A stretch of DNA of 64,000 nucleotides, taken from NCBI GenBank assembly GCA_965213685.1, contig CBDBZY010000044.1, positions 1 through 64,000 on the forward strand, read 5' to 3'. Of this stretch, positions 51,426 to 60,662 are shown in pieces. The stretch is from a bacterium. GTDB taxonomy: Bacteria > UBA8248. Each line of letters starts with the position of its first letter. Position 1 is the first letter of the stretch. The notes beneath the pieces were generated by a model. That model ran no database searches and had not been told where the DNA came from. It saw nothing but the letters and a program-made list of their open reading frames with translations. Both the position numbers and the translations under genes were made by a program.

Positions 51426-51447
51426 GGGGGGGGGGGGGGGGGGGGGG
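51426..51447. repeat. Intergenic poly-G tract (22 G)
   Basis: Direct count; other intergenic tracts of 12 G at 7443-7454 and 11 G at 55171-55181. Confidence 0.9.
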
Positions 51448-51512
51448 CGGCTCTGTTTCGCTCGTAGCAGGGGCGTCGGGCCTGGCTTTCGGCGGCGCGG
51501 GAGGGGCGCGCG

Positions 51513-52580
51513 ATGCGGGCGTTTGTGATGGCGGCCGGCTACGGCAAAAGGCTCCGGGGCCTGGGGGAGGAGATTCCCAAGCCGCTCTTGCCCCTGGGCG
51601 GCGTGCCGCTCATCGGCTTTGCGCTGGAGAAGCTGGCGGGGGCCGGCGTGCGGGAGGCGGCGGTCAACCTGCATCATGGCGCGGAGAGGATTCGCTCCGC
51701 CCTGGGCGATGAGGCGCACGGCGTCCGGATTCGCTATTTCCATGAGCCTGAGATTCTGGGCACCGCCGGCGGGCTCAAGAACGCCGAGGCGTTTTTGCGC
51801 GTCGGGGGCGCGCCTTTTCTCGTCATCAACGCGGACGCTCCCTCCGGAGCGGATTTTCAGGCGGCGCTGGCGCATCATCGGGCGGGCGATTTTCTCGCCA
51901 CCCTCATTCTCCGGGACTCCCCCGAGGTCGAAAAATACGGCCCGCTCGAGTTGGATGAAGCCGGACGCCTGCGAACGTTCCTGGGCGCGCGCGCGCCGGG
52001 GGCGCCGCAGGGCGCGCTGCGCCGGGCGATGTTCACCGGGTTGAGCGTCATGTCTCCCGAGTTGTTGCGGCATATCCCCCGGGGGGTCGCTTCGGGCATT
52101 TCGAAGGAGGTGTATCCCCGGCTGATGAGGGACGGCGCGCGGATCGGCGCGGTCCTCAGCGATTCCTACTGGATGGACGCCGGCACCCCGTCGCGGTATT
52201 TGCAGGCGAACCTGGATGTCGCCTCGGGCGCGTTCGTGCCGGATTTTCTCTGGCCGCCGCAAGGGTTTTTGGCGCTGGAGGGCCCCCCCATGGAGTGGGG
52301 GGAGGGGAGCGTCGAGCCCCCCCTGCTCATCGGCGCCGACGTGGACATACGGAAAAACGCCAAGGCGGGGCCCTTCACTGTGCTCATGGGGGGTGCTACC
52401 CTGGAGGGCGGCGCCGCCGCGCGCGAATCCCTCGTCTTTCCGGGCGGGACCGTCGCGCAGAACGTCGCCTTGCGAAGATGTATCGTCGGGCCGGGCGCCG
52501 TGGCGTCCGCGCGCGGCGGGCAAGTCCGCGCGACGGTTTTTCTCCGCCGGCGCGGGCGGTACGAAATGGGTTGCGCCTGA
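51513..52580 (+). CDS. Sugar-1-phosphate nucleotidyltransferase (MurU/Man-1-P guanylyltransferase-like) with C-terminal left-handed beta-helix
   Basis: MAAGYGKRL...PKPLLP, VNLHH, EPEILGTAGG, INAD, WMDAGTP. Confidence 0.88.
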   Translation: MRAFVMAAGYGKRLRGLGEEIPKPLLPLGGVPLIGFALEKLAGAGVREAAVNLHHGAERIRSALGDEAHGVRIRYFHEPEILGTAGGLKNAEAFLRVGGAPFLVINADAPSGADFQAALAHHRAGDFLATLILRDSPEVEKYGPLELDEAGRLRTFLGARAPGAPQGALRRAMFTGLSVMSPELLRHIPRGVASGISKEVYPRLMRDGARIGAVLSDSYWMDAGTPSRYLQANLDVASGAFVPDFLWPPQGFLALEGPPMEWGEGSVEPPLLIGADVDIRKNAKAGPFTVLMGGATLEGGAAARESLVFPGGTVAQNVALRRCIVGPGAVASARGGQVRATVFLRRRGRYEMGCA

Positions 52581-52628
52581 ACCGGGGGGAAGCCCCGCGT
52601 CCGAAGAAATCCGAAGAAGGAGCGCGCG

Positions 52629-54236
52629 TTGAAAGAGCCGACCGCGAGAACCTCCCTGGCCGCCGGCCGCTCCCCCGTGTTCGCCGCCGGCGGCATGGTG
52701 GCCACCAGCCAGCCCCTGGCCGCCGAGGCGGGTCTCCACATCCTGAGAGAGGGCGGAAACGCCGTGGACGCTGCCATCGCGGCGGCCGCTGCGCTGAACG
52801 TGGTCGAGCCGCAGTCCACGGGGGTCGGCGGGGATATGTTCATGCTGTATTGGGATGCGGGCGGGCGCGCGCTCCTGGGTCTGAACGGCAGCGGAAGGAG
52901 TCCGGCGCGGGCCACGCTGTCGCGCTACCGGGAGTTCTCCTCCATGCCGGAGACGGGCGTTTATTCCTGCACCCTTCCGGGCGCCGTGGATGGCTGGTGC
53001 GCCGCCCACGAGCGGTGCGGCGGCGGCAAGATGCGCATGTCTGATCTGCTCCGGCCGGCGATCCGGTATGCGGAAGAGGGGTTTCCGCTCTCCCCCATCA
53101 TTGGGCGGGCGTGGGGGAGGCAGACGGAGAAGCTGAAAAGGTGCGCCTACTCGCGCCAAACCTACCTGCCCGCCGGCCGTCCCCCCAGAATCGGGGAGAG
53201 GTTCCGCAACCCGAGGCTGGCGGAATCGCTGCGGAAGATAGCCGACGGCGGCCGCGAGGCTTTCTATGAGGGCCCGATAGCGGAGGAGATCGTGCGCTAC
53301 ACCAGCGAGATCGGGGGGCTGTTCGCCCTGGAGGATTTCGCCGCCGTGAAATGCGCGTGGGTCGAGCCGATTCGCGTGAACTACCGCGGCCATGCGCTTT
53401 GCGAGATGCCGCCCCCGGGGCAGGGCCTCACGGCGTTGCTGTGCCTGAATCTCCTCGCCCCGTATCCTCTCTCGGAGATGCGCTACGGCTCGGCCGATCA
53501 TCTCCACCTGCTGATCGAGGCGATGAAGCTCGCCTTCTCGGACAGGGATCGCCATGTGGGGGATATGGAGAAGGCGGACGTCCCCCTGCGCGGGCTTCTC
53601 TCATCCGCATACGCCGATGCGCGGCGAGAACGCATTGACGAAAAAAGGGCGGGCATCCCCGCACCCGGAACCCCGCAAGCCTGGAGCGATACGATATATC
53701 TCGCGACCGCCGATTCCCAGGGCAACATGTGCTCGTTCATCAACAGCCTGTTCCATCATTTCGGCTCGGGCGTCACCGGCGGCGAGACGGGCGTCATGCT
53801 TCAGAACAGGGGCCACGGATTCGTGCTGGAGGAGGGGCACCCGAATTGCCTCGCGCCGAACAAGCGGCCCCTGCACACCATCATTCCCGGTTTCGTCATG
53901 AAAGCGGGGGAACCCTGGATGAGCTTCGGCGTCATGGGGGGCGACATGCAGCCGCAAGGCCACGTTCAGGTGCTCTCGAACATGGTGGATTTCGGGATGA
54001 ACGTCCAGGAGGCGATAGACGCCCCCCGCTTCCGCGTGCTGGGCGGCCGCGAGGTGGCGATAGAGGGCGGCGTGCCGGAGGCGGTGCTCCGGGAGCTGGA
54101 ATCGCGGGGACATCATGTCCGCCGCGCCGGCGGGTATGAGGGTTTCGGCGGAGGCCAGGGAATCGTGCGGCTGGACGATGGCGTGTTCATGGGCGGGTCG
54201 GATCATCGGAGGGATGGCTGCGCCGTCGGTTTCTAG
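52629..54236 (+). CDS. ggt: Gamma-glutamyltransferase
   Basis: GGNAVDAAIA, GVGGD.F, PPPGQG, DTIYL, FGSG, LQNRG, KRPLHTIIP, GVMGGDMQPQGH, SD.RRDG. Confidence 0.95.
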   Translation: MKEPTARTSLAAGRSPVFAAGGMVATSQPLAAEAGLHILREGGNAVDAAIAAAAALNVVEPQSTGVGGDMFMLYWDAGGRALLGLNGSGRSPARATLSRYREFSSMPETGVYSCTLPGAVDGWCAAHERCGGGKMRMSDLLRPAIRYAEEGFPLSPIIGRAWGRQTEKLKRCAYSRQTYLPAGRPPRIGERFRNPRLAESLRKIADGGREAFYEGPIAEEIVRYTSEIGGLFALEDFAAVKCAWVEPIRVNYRGHALCEMPPPGQGLTALLCLNLLAPYPLSEMRYGSADHLHLLIEAMKLAFSDRDRHVGDMEKADVPLRGLLSSAYADARRERIDEKRAGIPAPGTPQAWSDTIYLATADSQGNMCSFINSLFHHFGSGVTGGETGVMLQNRGHGFVLEEGHPNCLAPNKRPLHTIIPGFVMKAGEPWMSFGVMGGDMQPQGHVQVLSNMVDFGMNVQEAIDAPRFRVLGGREVAIEGGVPEAVLRELESRGHHVRRAGGYEGFGGGQGIVRLDDGVFMGGSDHRRDGCAVGF

Positions 54237-54276
54237 TCCCTCCGGACGCGCGCCCCGAAGCGGTTTGGATGGCGAT

Positions 54277-55143
54277 GTGAGACTTGTGGCCAAGAATCAT
54301 TTGCTGGCGGGGCTCCTGTGCCTGGGATTTTTTGGGGCGGGCGTCCAGCCGGCGGCGGGCGCGTCCGATTGTCCTCTCAGGGGGCGTCCGGTGGACGATG
54401 GCCGCTGGTTGCGGCGCGATTCCCCGCCATTGGAGATTCGCCGGATTCGCCTTCGGTTCGACGATGGCGCGACCTCGAGAATGACGGCGGTGCGGCTACA
54501 GCCCCGGCGGTTTGACGTCCGTCTGCACTGGCGAAAAAAATCGGCGTGGTTCGCCCCCCTCGACCTGGAGGGCCTGGGCAGGGAGCTGGGCGCAGCCGTC
54601 ATCCTCAACGCCGGCTATTACGACGCCGCCGGCCGCCCCCTCGGGTATTTTCGCTCCAACGGAAAAGTGTTCAACAGCCGCGTGTTGTATCGAGGACGCG
54701 GAATCGCCCTGCATTTCGGGGCGCTTTTCACCGTCGGGCAGAAGGAGGGGGAGGTCAGGATCGTTCCCCGCCAGAAGTTCCGGGACGCGCGCGTCCGGGA
54801 GGCGTTTCAGGCGGGGCCCCTCCTCGTGCGGGACGGCGAGCCCGTCCCGGGGCTGGGTCGATACCGCGAATATCGGCGGGCGGTGAGAAGAACGGTGATC
54901 GGGCTCGACGCGCGGGGCAGACTCCTCGTTCTGGTGAGCGAGGGCGAGACGCGCGGCATCTCCTGGTGCGAGCTGCAGGAATTCCTGGTGCGGCCCGAAC
55001 GAAGGGGGGGGCTCGGGGTCGTGGACGCCATGAACCTCGACGGAGGTGCCAGTTCGCAGCTTTGGGTGCGCACCGGGGGTTCCGGGGTGCATATCCCGGG
55101 CCGGACGGTGCCGGCGTTCCTCACCATCGCTCCCGGAAAATAA
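54277..55143 (+). CDS. Secreted phosphodiester glycosidase (NAGPA) family protein
   Basis: Signal peptide; LNAGYY, QAGPLLV, RTVIG, AMNLDGGASS; start uncertain. Confidence 0.85.
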   Translation: MRLVAKNHLLAGLLCLGFFGAGVQPAAGASDCPLRGRPVDDGRWLRRDSPPLEIRRIRLRFDDGATSRMTAVRLQPRRFDVRLHWRKKSAWFAPLDLEGLGRELGAAVILNAGYYDAAGRPLGYFRSNGKVFNSRVLYRGRGIALHFGALFTVGQKEGEVRIVPRQKFRDARVREAFQAGPLLVRDGEPVPGLGRYREYRRAVRRTVIGLDARGRLLVLVSEGETRGISWCELQEFLVRPERRGGLGVVDAMNLDGGASSQLWVRTGGSGVHIPGRTVPAFLTIAPGK

Positions 55144-55225
55144 ACGGAGCCTCTCGTCCGGGGCGAGAGAGGGGGGGGGGGACGCGCGGGTTCGCGGGAT
55201 GCGAGAAGGGCGGAGGGGATGCCGG

Positions 55226-56011
55226 ATGCGGGACATGGAAGGAAAAATCGCCCTGGTGGCGGCCGGGAGCAAGGGCCTGGGGCGCGCCTCGGCTCTCAAG
55301 ATGGCGATGCGGGGAGCGCGCGTCGCCATCTGCTCGAGAGATGCGGCTTCCTGCGCGGAAGCCGCCCGGGACATCGCCGGGCGCGCCGGCGTGGAAACGT
55401 GGCACTGCGCGGCGGACGTGGGCACGCCGGAGGGCGTGCGGAAATTTGTCCGTGGCGCCGCATCCCATTTCGGCGGCGTGGACGTTCTGGTCTCCAATGC
55501 GGGAGGGCCTCCCCATGGGACGTTTGCGGATTTCGGGGACGACGCATGGCAAGGCGCGTTTGACCTGAACGTCATGAGCGCCGTGCGGCTCGTCCGGGAG
55601 GCCCTGCCCCACATGCGGGAGCGCGGCGGCGGAAGAATCCTGTTCATCCTCTCCACCTCCGTCCGAGAGCCCATAGACGATCTGCTGCTCTCCAACGTCA
55701 TGCGCCCCGCCGTGGCCGGCCTGGCGAAGTCGCTGTCCCGCGCACTGGGTGCGGAGAACATTCTGGTCAACGTGGTGATGCCCGGCGTGATCGATACGGA
55801 GCGCTCCCGAAGGGGCAGGGAGGCCGCCGCGCGGCGGATGGGGATTTCCCTGGAGGAGTCCTTGGCGATCGCGGAAAGCGGCGTGCCGCTGGGACGGATC
55901 GGGGAGCCGGAGGAGTTCGGCGCGATGGTGGCGTTTCTGGCGTCGCCCGAGGCCAGCTATGTCTCCGGCGGGGTGTTCGCCGTTGACGGCGGCCGCCTGC
56001 GGGGGATATGA
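55226..56011 (+). CDS. SDR-family oxidoreductase (BKR-like subgroup)
   Basis: AGSKGLG, NAGGPP, SNVMR, N.VMPG..DT.R, PLGRIGEPEE, VDGG. Confidence 0.92.
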   Translation: MRDMEGKIALVAAGSKGLGRASALKMAMRGARVAICSRDAASCAEAARDIAGRAGVETWHCAADVGTPEGVRKFVRGAASHFGGVDVLVSNAGGPPHGTFADFGDDAWQGAFDLNVMSAVRLVREALPHMRERGGGRILFILSTSVREPIDDLLLSNVMRPAVAGLAKSLSRALGAENILVNVVMPGVIDTERSRRGREAAARRMGISLEESLAIAESGVPLGRIGEPEEFGAMVAFLASPEASYVSGGVFAVDGGRLRGI

Positions 56012-56148
56012 CGAGCCGAACGCGCGGCCGGGCGCGGATTGGAAGAAGAAATCATGCGGCCGACGGCGGAAAAGAGCGTTTCGTGTGCCGCACCGGTTGT
56101 GCGGAGAGAGATGAAAAAAGAAAGAGACCGTTCCGGGGATGATCTTGC

Positions 56149-57447
56149 ATGAGGGATGGGCAGAACAAATTGCGGGCTGAGGACCGCTCCGTTCACGAAT
56201 GGTATCGGTTCGTTCTGTCGTTTCCGCCGCACCTCGTCCGCGATTATGCGGTCCGGTTCGGCGTCGGTTCGTCCGATACGGTGCTCGATCCTTTTTGCGG
56301 AACGGGGACGACTCTGGTGGAATGCAAGAAACTCGGGATCCGCAGCGTCGGAATTGAATCGAACCCGATGGCGCATTTCGCGAGCGCGGTGAAGACGGAC
56401 TGGTCTGCGGCGCCCGCAGCACTCTTGCGTTATGCCGATGAAGTGGCGTCGGCGGCGAGAAAAAAGCTCCAGCGCGCAGGTTGCGACGATGCGGGGGATG
56501 CGCGTCTCCCCTCGGCTCCGGCGCAGGTTTCCTGCTCCTCGCTGCGCTCGCTTCCGCCCGAGCGGTCGGGACTGTTGCTGAAAAATTCGATTAGCCCGCT
56601 TCCGCTCCACAAGACGCTGACGTTGCTGGACGCCATCGACCGGTGCGGAAAGGATCGGGAGCGGCGATATGGTCGCATTGCGCTTGCGAACGCCCTCGTC
56701 CGCCGTTTCAGCAATTTGAAATTTGGCCCCGAAGTGGGAGTCGGCAAAATGAAACGGGACGTTCCGGCTGTAGACGGTTGGCTCGAAGGCATGCGCGCGA
56801 TCGCGCGGGACCTGGATGCGCACAAGGGACGAGCCGAGGTTCCGGCCCGTGTTTTGGGAGCTGACTCCAGGGATGCCGGTCAGCTGCTTGCGCCGGAATC
56901 GGTCAATGCCGTGATCACCTCCCCGCCATACCCGAACGAAAAGGATTATACGCGAGCCACGAGGCTGGAGTCCGTCCTCCTCGGATTCATACGCGACAAG
57001 AAGGAATTGCGGGAAGTGAAGCGGAATCTCGTCCGGTCGAATACGCGGGGGGTGTACAAATCCGATACGGACGATCATGAGGTCATGGGCCATGCTGAAA
57101 TCCGGCGGATTGCCGAGGCCATCGAGAAGCGCCGGATGGAGTTGGGGAAAACTTCCGGCTTCGAACGCCTGTATCCGCGCGTCGCGCAACTGTATTTCGG
57201 CGGAATGTTCCGGCATCTCGCATCTTTGCGTTCCGTGCTCAAACCGGGCGCAAAACTCGCTTATGTGGTCGGGGACCAGGCGTCTTACCTGAGAGTTATG
57301 ATTCGGACGGGAGAACTTCTCGCTGATCTCGCCACATCGTTAGACTACAGGGTTTTGGGTATGGATCTGTTTCGGACGCGACCGTCAACCGTCTCGGGAG
57401 CGGAACTACGGGAAGAAGTCGTCTTGCTGGAATGGCCCGGCAGCTGA
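56149..57447 (+). CDS. Amino-methyltransferase, probably N4-cytosine (alpha-type motif order)
   Basis: VHEWYRF...FPP, VLDPFCGTGTT (motif I), ITSPPY (motif IV), YVVGD; lower GC than flanks. Confidence 0.9.
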   Translation: MRDGQNKLRAEDRSVHEWYRFVLSFPPHLVRDYAVRFGVGSSDTVLDPFCGTGTTLVECKKLGIRSVGIESNPMAHFASAVKTDWSAAPAALLRYADEVASAARKKLQRAGCDDAGDARLPSAPAQVSCSSLRSLPPERSGLLLKNSISPLPLHKTLTLLDAIDRCGKDRERRYGRIALANALVRRFSNLKFGPEVGVGKMKRDVPAVDGWLEGMRAIARDLDAHKGRAEVPARVLGADSRDAGQLLAPESVNAVITSPPYPNEKDYTRATRLESVLLGFIRDKKELREVKRNLVRSNTRGVYKSDTDDHEVMGHAEIRRIAEAIEKRRMELGKTSGFERLYPRVAQLYFGGMFRHLASLRSVLKPGAKLAYVVGDQASYLRVMIRTGELLADLATSLDYRVLGMDLFRTRPSTVSGAELREEVVLLEWPGS

Positions 57448-57519
57448 ATCAGTCGGAGGGATGGCGCATTTCCTCGTTGCGGCTGCTTCCGAACGGAACG
57501 TCCCGGTTCCAAAGAACAT

Positions 57520-57801
57520 CACTACGTTATTCCCGTTCAGGCGAAGGGAGGGAATGACCGCCTGAGCAGAATACAGATCGAACAGGACATGGCGTTTTGT
57601 ATGGACAAATTGCCATTTCTGATATGTCGGCCAATCGGAGCGCAACTCATGCAAGACGACTTGATCGCGCTTTTCGAGTTTGAGCAGGACGGCGAGGACG
57701 TCAAGATAGCGTCGGAAAGACATTATCGCCTCGTCCCTCCGGACGGGGTAAGCGCGGCGGACCTTTTGAGGTATCGGCGGCGATCCTCCGCGGACTCTTG
57801 A
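57520..57801 (+). pseudogene. C-terminal remnant of a type II restriction endonuclease
   Basis: HYVIPVQAKGGNDRLSRIQIEQD...CRPIGAQLM.DDLIALFEF...ERHYRLVP resembles the C-terminal half of an MTase-associated endonuclease family (QAK variant of D/ExK); only about 70 bp separate it from the MTase stop, so the N-terminal half is missing. Confidence 0.65.
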
Positions 57802-60662
57802 TGGAAGACATCCGGATCGAAGGCGCCAGGGAGCATAACCTGAAGGACATCTCGCTACGTCTCCCGCGCGAGCGGTTCATCGTCGTCACGGGCCCGAGCG
57901 GTTCGGGGAAATCCTCCCTGGCGTTCGACACCATATACGCCGAAGGCCACCGCCGATACGTGGAGAGCTTGTCCACCTATGCGCGGCAGTTTCTGGAGCG
58001 TGTGGACAAGCCCGACGTGGACTACATTGAGGGCATCAGTCCCGCCATCGCCATCGAGCAGTACAACCCGGTGAATCATTCCCGCTCCACGGTGGCCACC
58101 GCCTCGGAGATTTATGATTATCTGCGCCTCCTCTTTGCGAAGGCGGGAAAGATTCATTGCCCGGATTGCGGCGGGGAGGTCTCTCCCGCCACGGTCGACG
58201 GTGCGGTCGCGCGGTTGCTGAACGACCATCCGGACGCGCGGGGTTTTCTGCTTTTCCCCGTGGAGCTAGGTGAAGCCGGCGAACGGGAGGATGCGCTGGC
58301 GTCCCTGCTGGCACAGGGATACGTCCGCGTCATGGTGGATGATGAAATTATCGACATCGGCCCCGCCCTTCTGGAGAGGCTGAAAGAAGAGGAGGCCGCA
58401 CCCGCGCGGCCCGACGCCCGGAAGCGGGGTCGCCCGCCCCGGAGAAAGCCCGGGGAGGAAGTCTCCGCACCGCAAAGGAGTCGCGCGGTTCGGGTCGTGG
58501 TGGACCGCCTGCGGTTCTCCCCGAAAATCCGCGCGCGCCTGGGCGAGTCCCTGGAGACGGCGTTTCGGGAGGGCGGCGGCGTGGCCGAGGTGCAGCTGGT
58601 GGACGGGCCGAGGCTCCGCTTCAGCCAGAAGCTGGAATGCTGCGGCCGCGCCTTTGAGCCGCCCGTTCCCCACACGTTCAGCTTCAACAACCCGAACGGG
58701 GCGTGCCCGGAGTGCGGGGGGTTCGGGAACACGCTGCGCTTTGATGAATCGCTGATCGTTCCGGACGCGCGGAAAACGCTCGCCCAGGGGGCGGTGGAGC
58801 CCTGGACGAGGCCCCGCTACCGCCGGTATTTCGGCCAGCAGCTGCAGGACGCCGCAGCGGAAGAGGGCCTGGACATACACGTTCCCTGGGAGCGGATGTC
58901 CAGGCGCCAAAAGAAAATGGTGCTGGAGGGATCAGACAAGCTCCTGGGGTTGTATCCGTTTTTCGAGAGGCTGAAGAGAAGAAAATACAAGGTTTGGGTG
59001 CGCGTCATGATCCGGCGCTACCAGAGCCTGCAGGAATGCGCTTCGTGCAGGCGCGCGCGCCTGCGCCCCGAGGCGTTGTGGATACGATGGGGCGCGCACA
59101 CCATCGCCGATGTTTGCGCCATGTCGGTCAGCGCGTTGCGAGCGTATTTTCAGGCCCCGCCGCCCACGCCGGAGCAGGACGCGCGCGCCGGGGAAATTCT
59201 CCAGCAGGTGCGGGATCGTCTCGATTTTTTGTACAAGGTGGGCCTGGAGTATCTGACCCTGGACAGGGAGACCCGAACCCTGAGCGGCGGGGAGCATCAG
59301 AGGATCAACCTGGCGAACCAGCTGGGCGCCCATCTCACGGGCACGCTCTACGTTCTGGATGAGCCGACCATCGGCTTGCACCCGAGGGACAACGCGCGTC
59401 TGGTGGGAATTCTCAAGGATTTGGTGGACAGGGGGAACACCCTGCTCGTGGTGGAGCATGACCGCGACGTCATCCACGCGGCGGACCATGTGGTGGACCT
59501 GGGCCCTGGGGCGGGCGAGCGCGGCGGCGAGGTCGTTTTTTCCGGCCCCCGAAAGGAGTTGACCGAGTGCGAAAAATCGGTGACGGCGAAATTCCTGAAC
59601 GGCGAGCGGGAAGTCCGCCCCAGAAGAATCAAGCGGGGGGCGGATGAGAACGGCTCCCGTCTCTCCTTGTGGGGAGCGGAGGAAAACAACCTCAAGAAGG
59701 TGAACCTCCACGTTCCCCTGGGGCGTTTGGTGGCGATCACGGGCGTGTCCGGCTCCGGCAAGAGCACGCTGATACACGACACGCTCTACCCGGCGCTGGC
59801 GCGGATTCTCCATGAAGCGAAAGGCCCCATCGGCCGTTTTCAGCGGATACAGGGGTTTGAGGCCCTCGATTCCGTCGTGCTGCTCGACCAGAGCCCCATC
59901 GGGAAGAGCCCGAGGAGCAACCCCATCACGTATCTGAAGGCGTACGACGCCATTCGCCGGCTGTTCGCCGAATCGCCCCGCGCCAGGCATATGGGCTACG
60001 GCCCCGGCCACTTTTCGTTCAACGCCGTCGGGGGAAGGTGCGAGTCCTGCGCGGGAAGCGGGATACGGAAGGTAGAGATGCACTTCATGGCCGACCTGTT
60101 CATCCGCTGTCCGGACTGCGAGGGCAGGCGCTTCAAGCCCCAGACCCTGGAGGTCGAATACAAGGGAAAAAACATTCACGACGTCTTGAGCCTCACCGTG
60201 GACGAGGCCATGCTGTTCTTCGATCACGTGCCGTCGGTGCTGAACAAGTTGCTGATTCTCCGGGATGTGGGATTGAACTATCTGCGGATCGGACAACCGG
60301 TGAATACGTTGTCCGGAGGCGAGGCCCAGCGCCTGAAAATTGCGAGCCAGCTCGCCGCCCGCCCGCCTCGGGACGTGATGTATCTCATGGACGAGCCGAC
60401 GACGGGGCTGCATTTTCAGGACGTGGAGCGACTGCTGAACGTCCTCACGCGCCTGGTGGGGCTCGGGAACACCGTCGTCGTCATCGAACACAATCTGGAC
60501 GTGATCCGCTCCGCCGAATGGGTGATCGACCTCGGCCCCGAGGGGGGGGACGCGGGCGGCCGCATCGTCGCCGAGGGGCCGCCCGACGCGATCGCCCGAA
60601 CTGCCGGGTCCCACACCGGCCGGTTCCTGAGGGATTATTTCGAGAAGGCGAAGGCGGGCTGA
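57801..60662 (+). CDS. uvrA: Excinuclease ABC subunit UvrA
   Basis: GAREHNLK, TGPSGSGKSSLAFDTIYAEG, zinc fingers, LSGGE, LDEPTIGLH, GVSGSGKST, LSGGEAQR, IEHNLD. Confidence 0.97.
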   Translation: MEDIRIEGAREHNLKDISLRLPRERFIVVTGPSGSGKSSLAFDTIYAEGHRRYVESLSTYARQFLERVDKPDVDYIEGISPAIAIEQYNPVNHSRSTVATASEIYDYLRLLFAKAGKIHCPDCGGEVSPATVDGAVARLLNDHPDARGFLLFPVELGEAGEREDALASLLAQGYVRVMVDDEIIDIGPALLERLKEEEAAPARPDARKRGRPPRRKPGEEVSAPQRSRAVRVVVDRLRFSPKIRARLGESLETAFREGGGVAEVQLVDGPRLRFSQKLECCGRAFEPPVPHTFSFNNPNGACPECGGFGNTLRFDESLIVPDARKTLAQGAVEPWTRPRYRRYFGQQLQDAAAEEGLDIHVPWERMSRRQKKMVLEGSDKLLGLYPFFERLKRRKYKVWVRVMIRRYQSLQECASCRRARLRPEALWIRWGAHTIADVCAMSVSALRAYFQAPPPTPEQDARAGEILQQVRDRLDFLYKVGLEYLTLDRETRTLSGGEHQRINLANQLGAHLTGTLYVLDEPTIGLHPRDNARLVGILKDLVDRGNTLLVVEHDRDVIHAADHVVDLGPGAGERGGEVVFSGPRKELTECEKSVTAKFLNGEREVRPRRIKRGADENGSRLSLWGAEENNLKKVNLHVPLGRLVAITGVSGSGKSTLIHDTLYPALARILHEAKGPIGRFQRIQGFEALDSVVLLDQSPIGKSPRSNPITYLKAYDAIRRLFAESPRARHMGYGPGHFSFNAVGGRCESCAGSGIRKVEMHFMADLFIRCPDCEGRRFKPQTLEVEYKGKNIHDVLSLTVDEAMLFFDHVPSVLNKLLILRDVGLNYLRIGQPVNTLSGGEAQRLKIASQLAARPPRDVMYLMDEPTTGLHFQDVERLLNVLTRLVGLGNTVVVIEHNLDVIRSAEWVIDLGPEGGDAGGRIVAEGPPDAIARTAGSHTGRFLRDYFEKAKAG

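Noticed and set aside
55226-56011. SDR lacking YxxxK
   Set aside because: The SNxxR pattern is characteristic of a known BKR-like SDR subgroup.
57445-57801. Readthrough or selenocysteine fusion of the MTase with the in-frame nuclease stub
   Set aside because: The MTase ends at a natural-looking C-terminus, the 24 intervening codons look non-conserved, no SECIS was recognised, and in-frame placement has a one in three chance.
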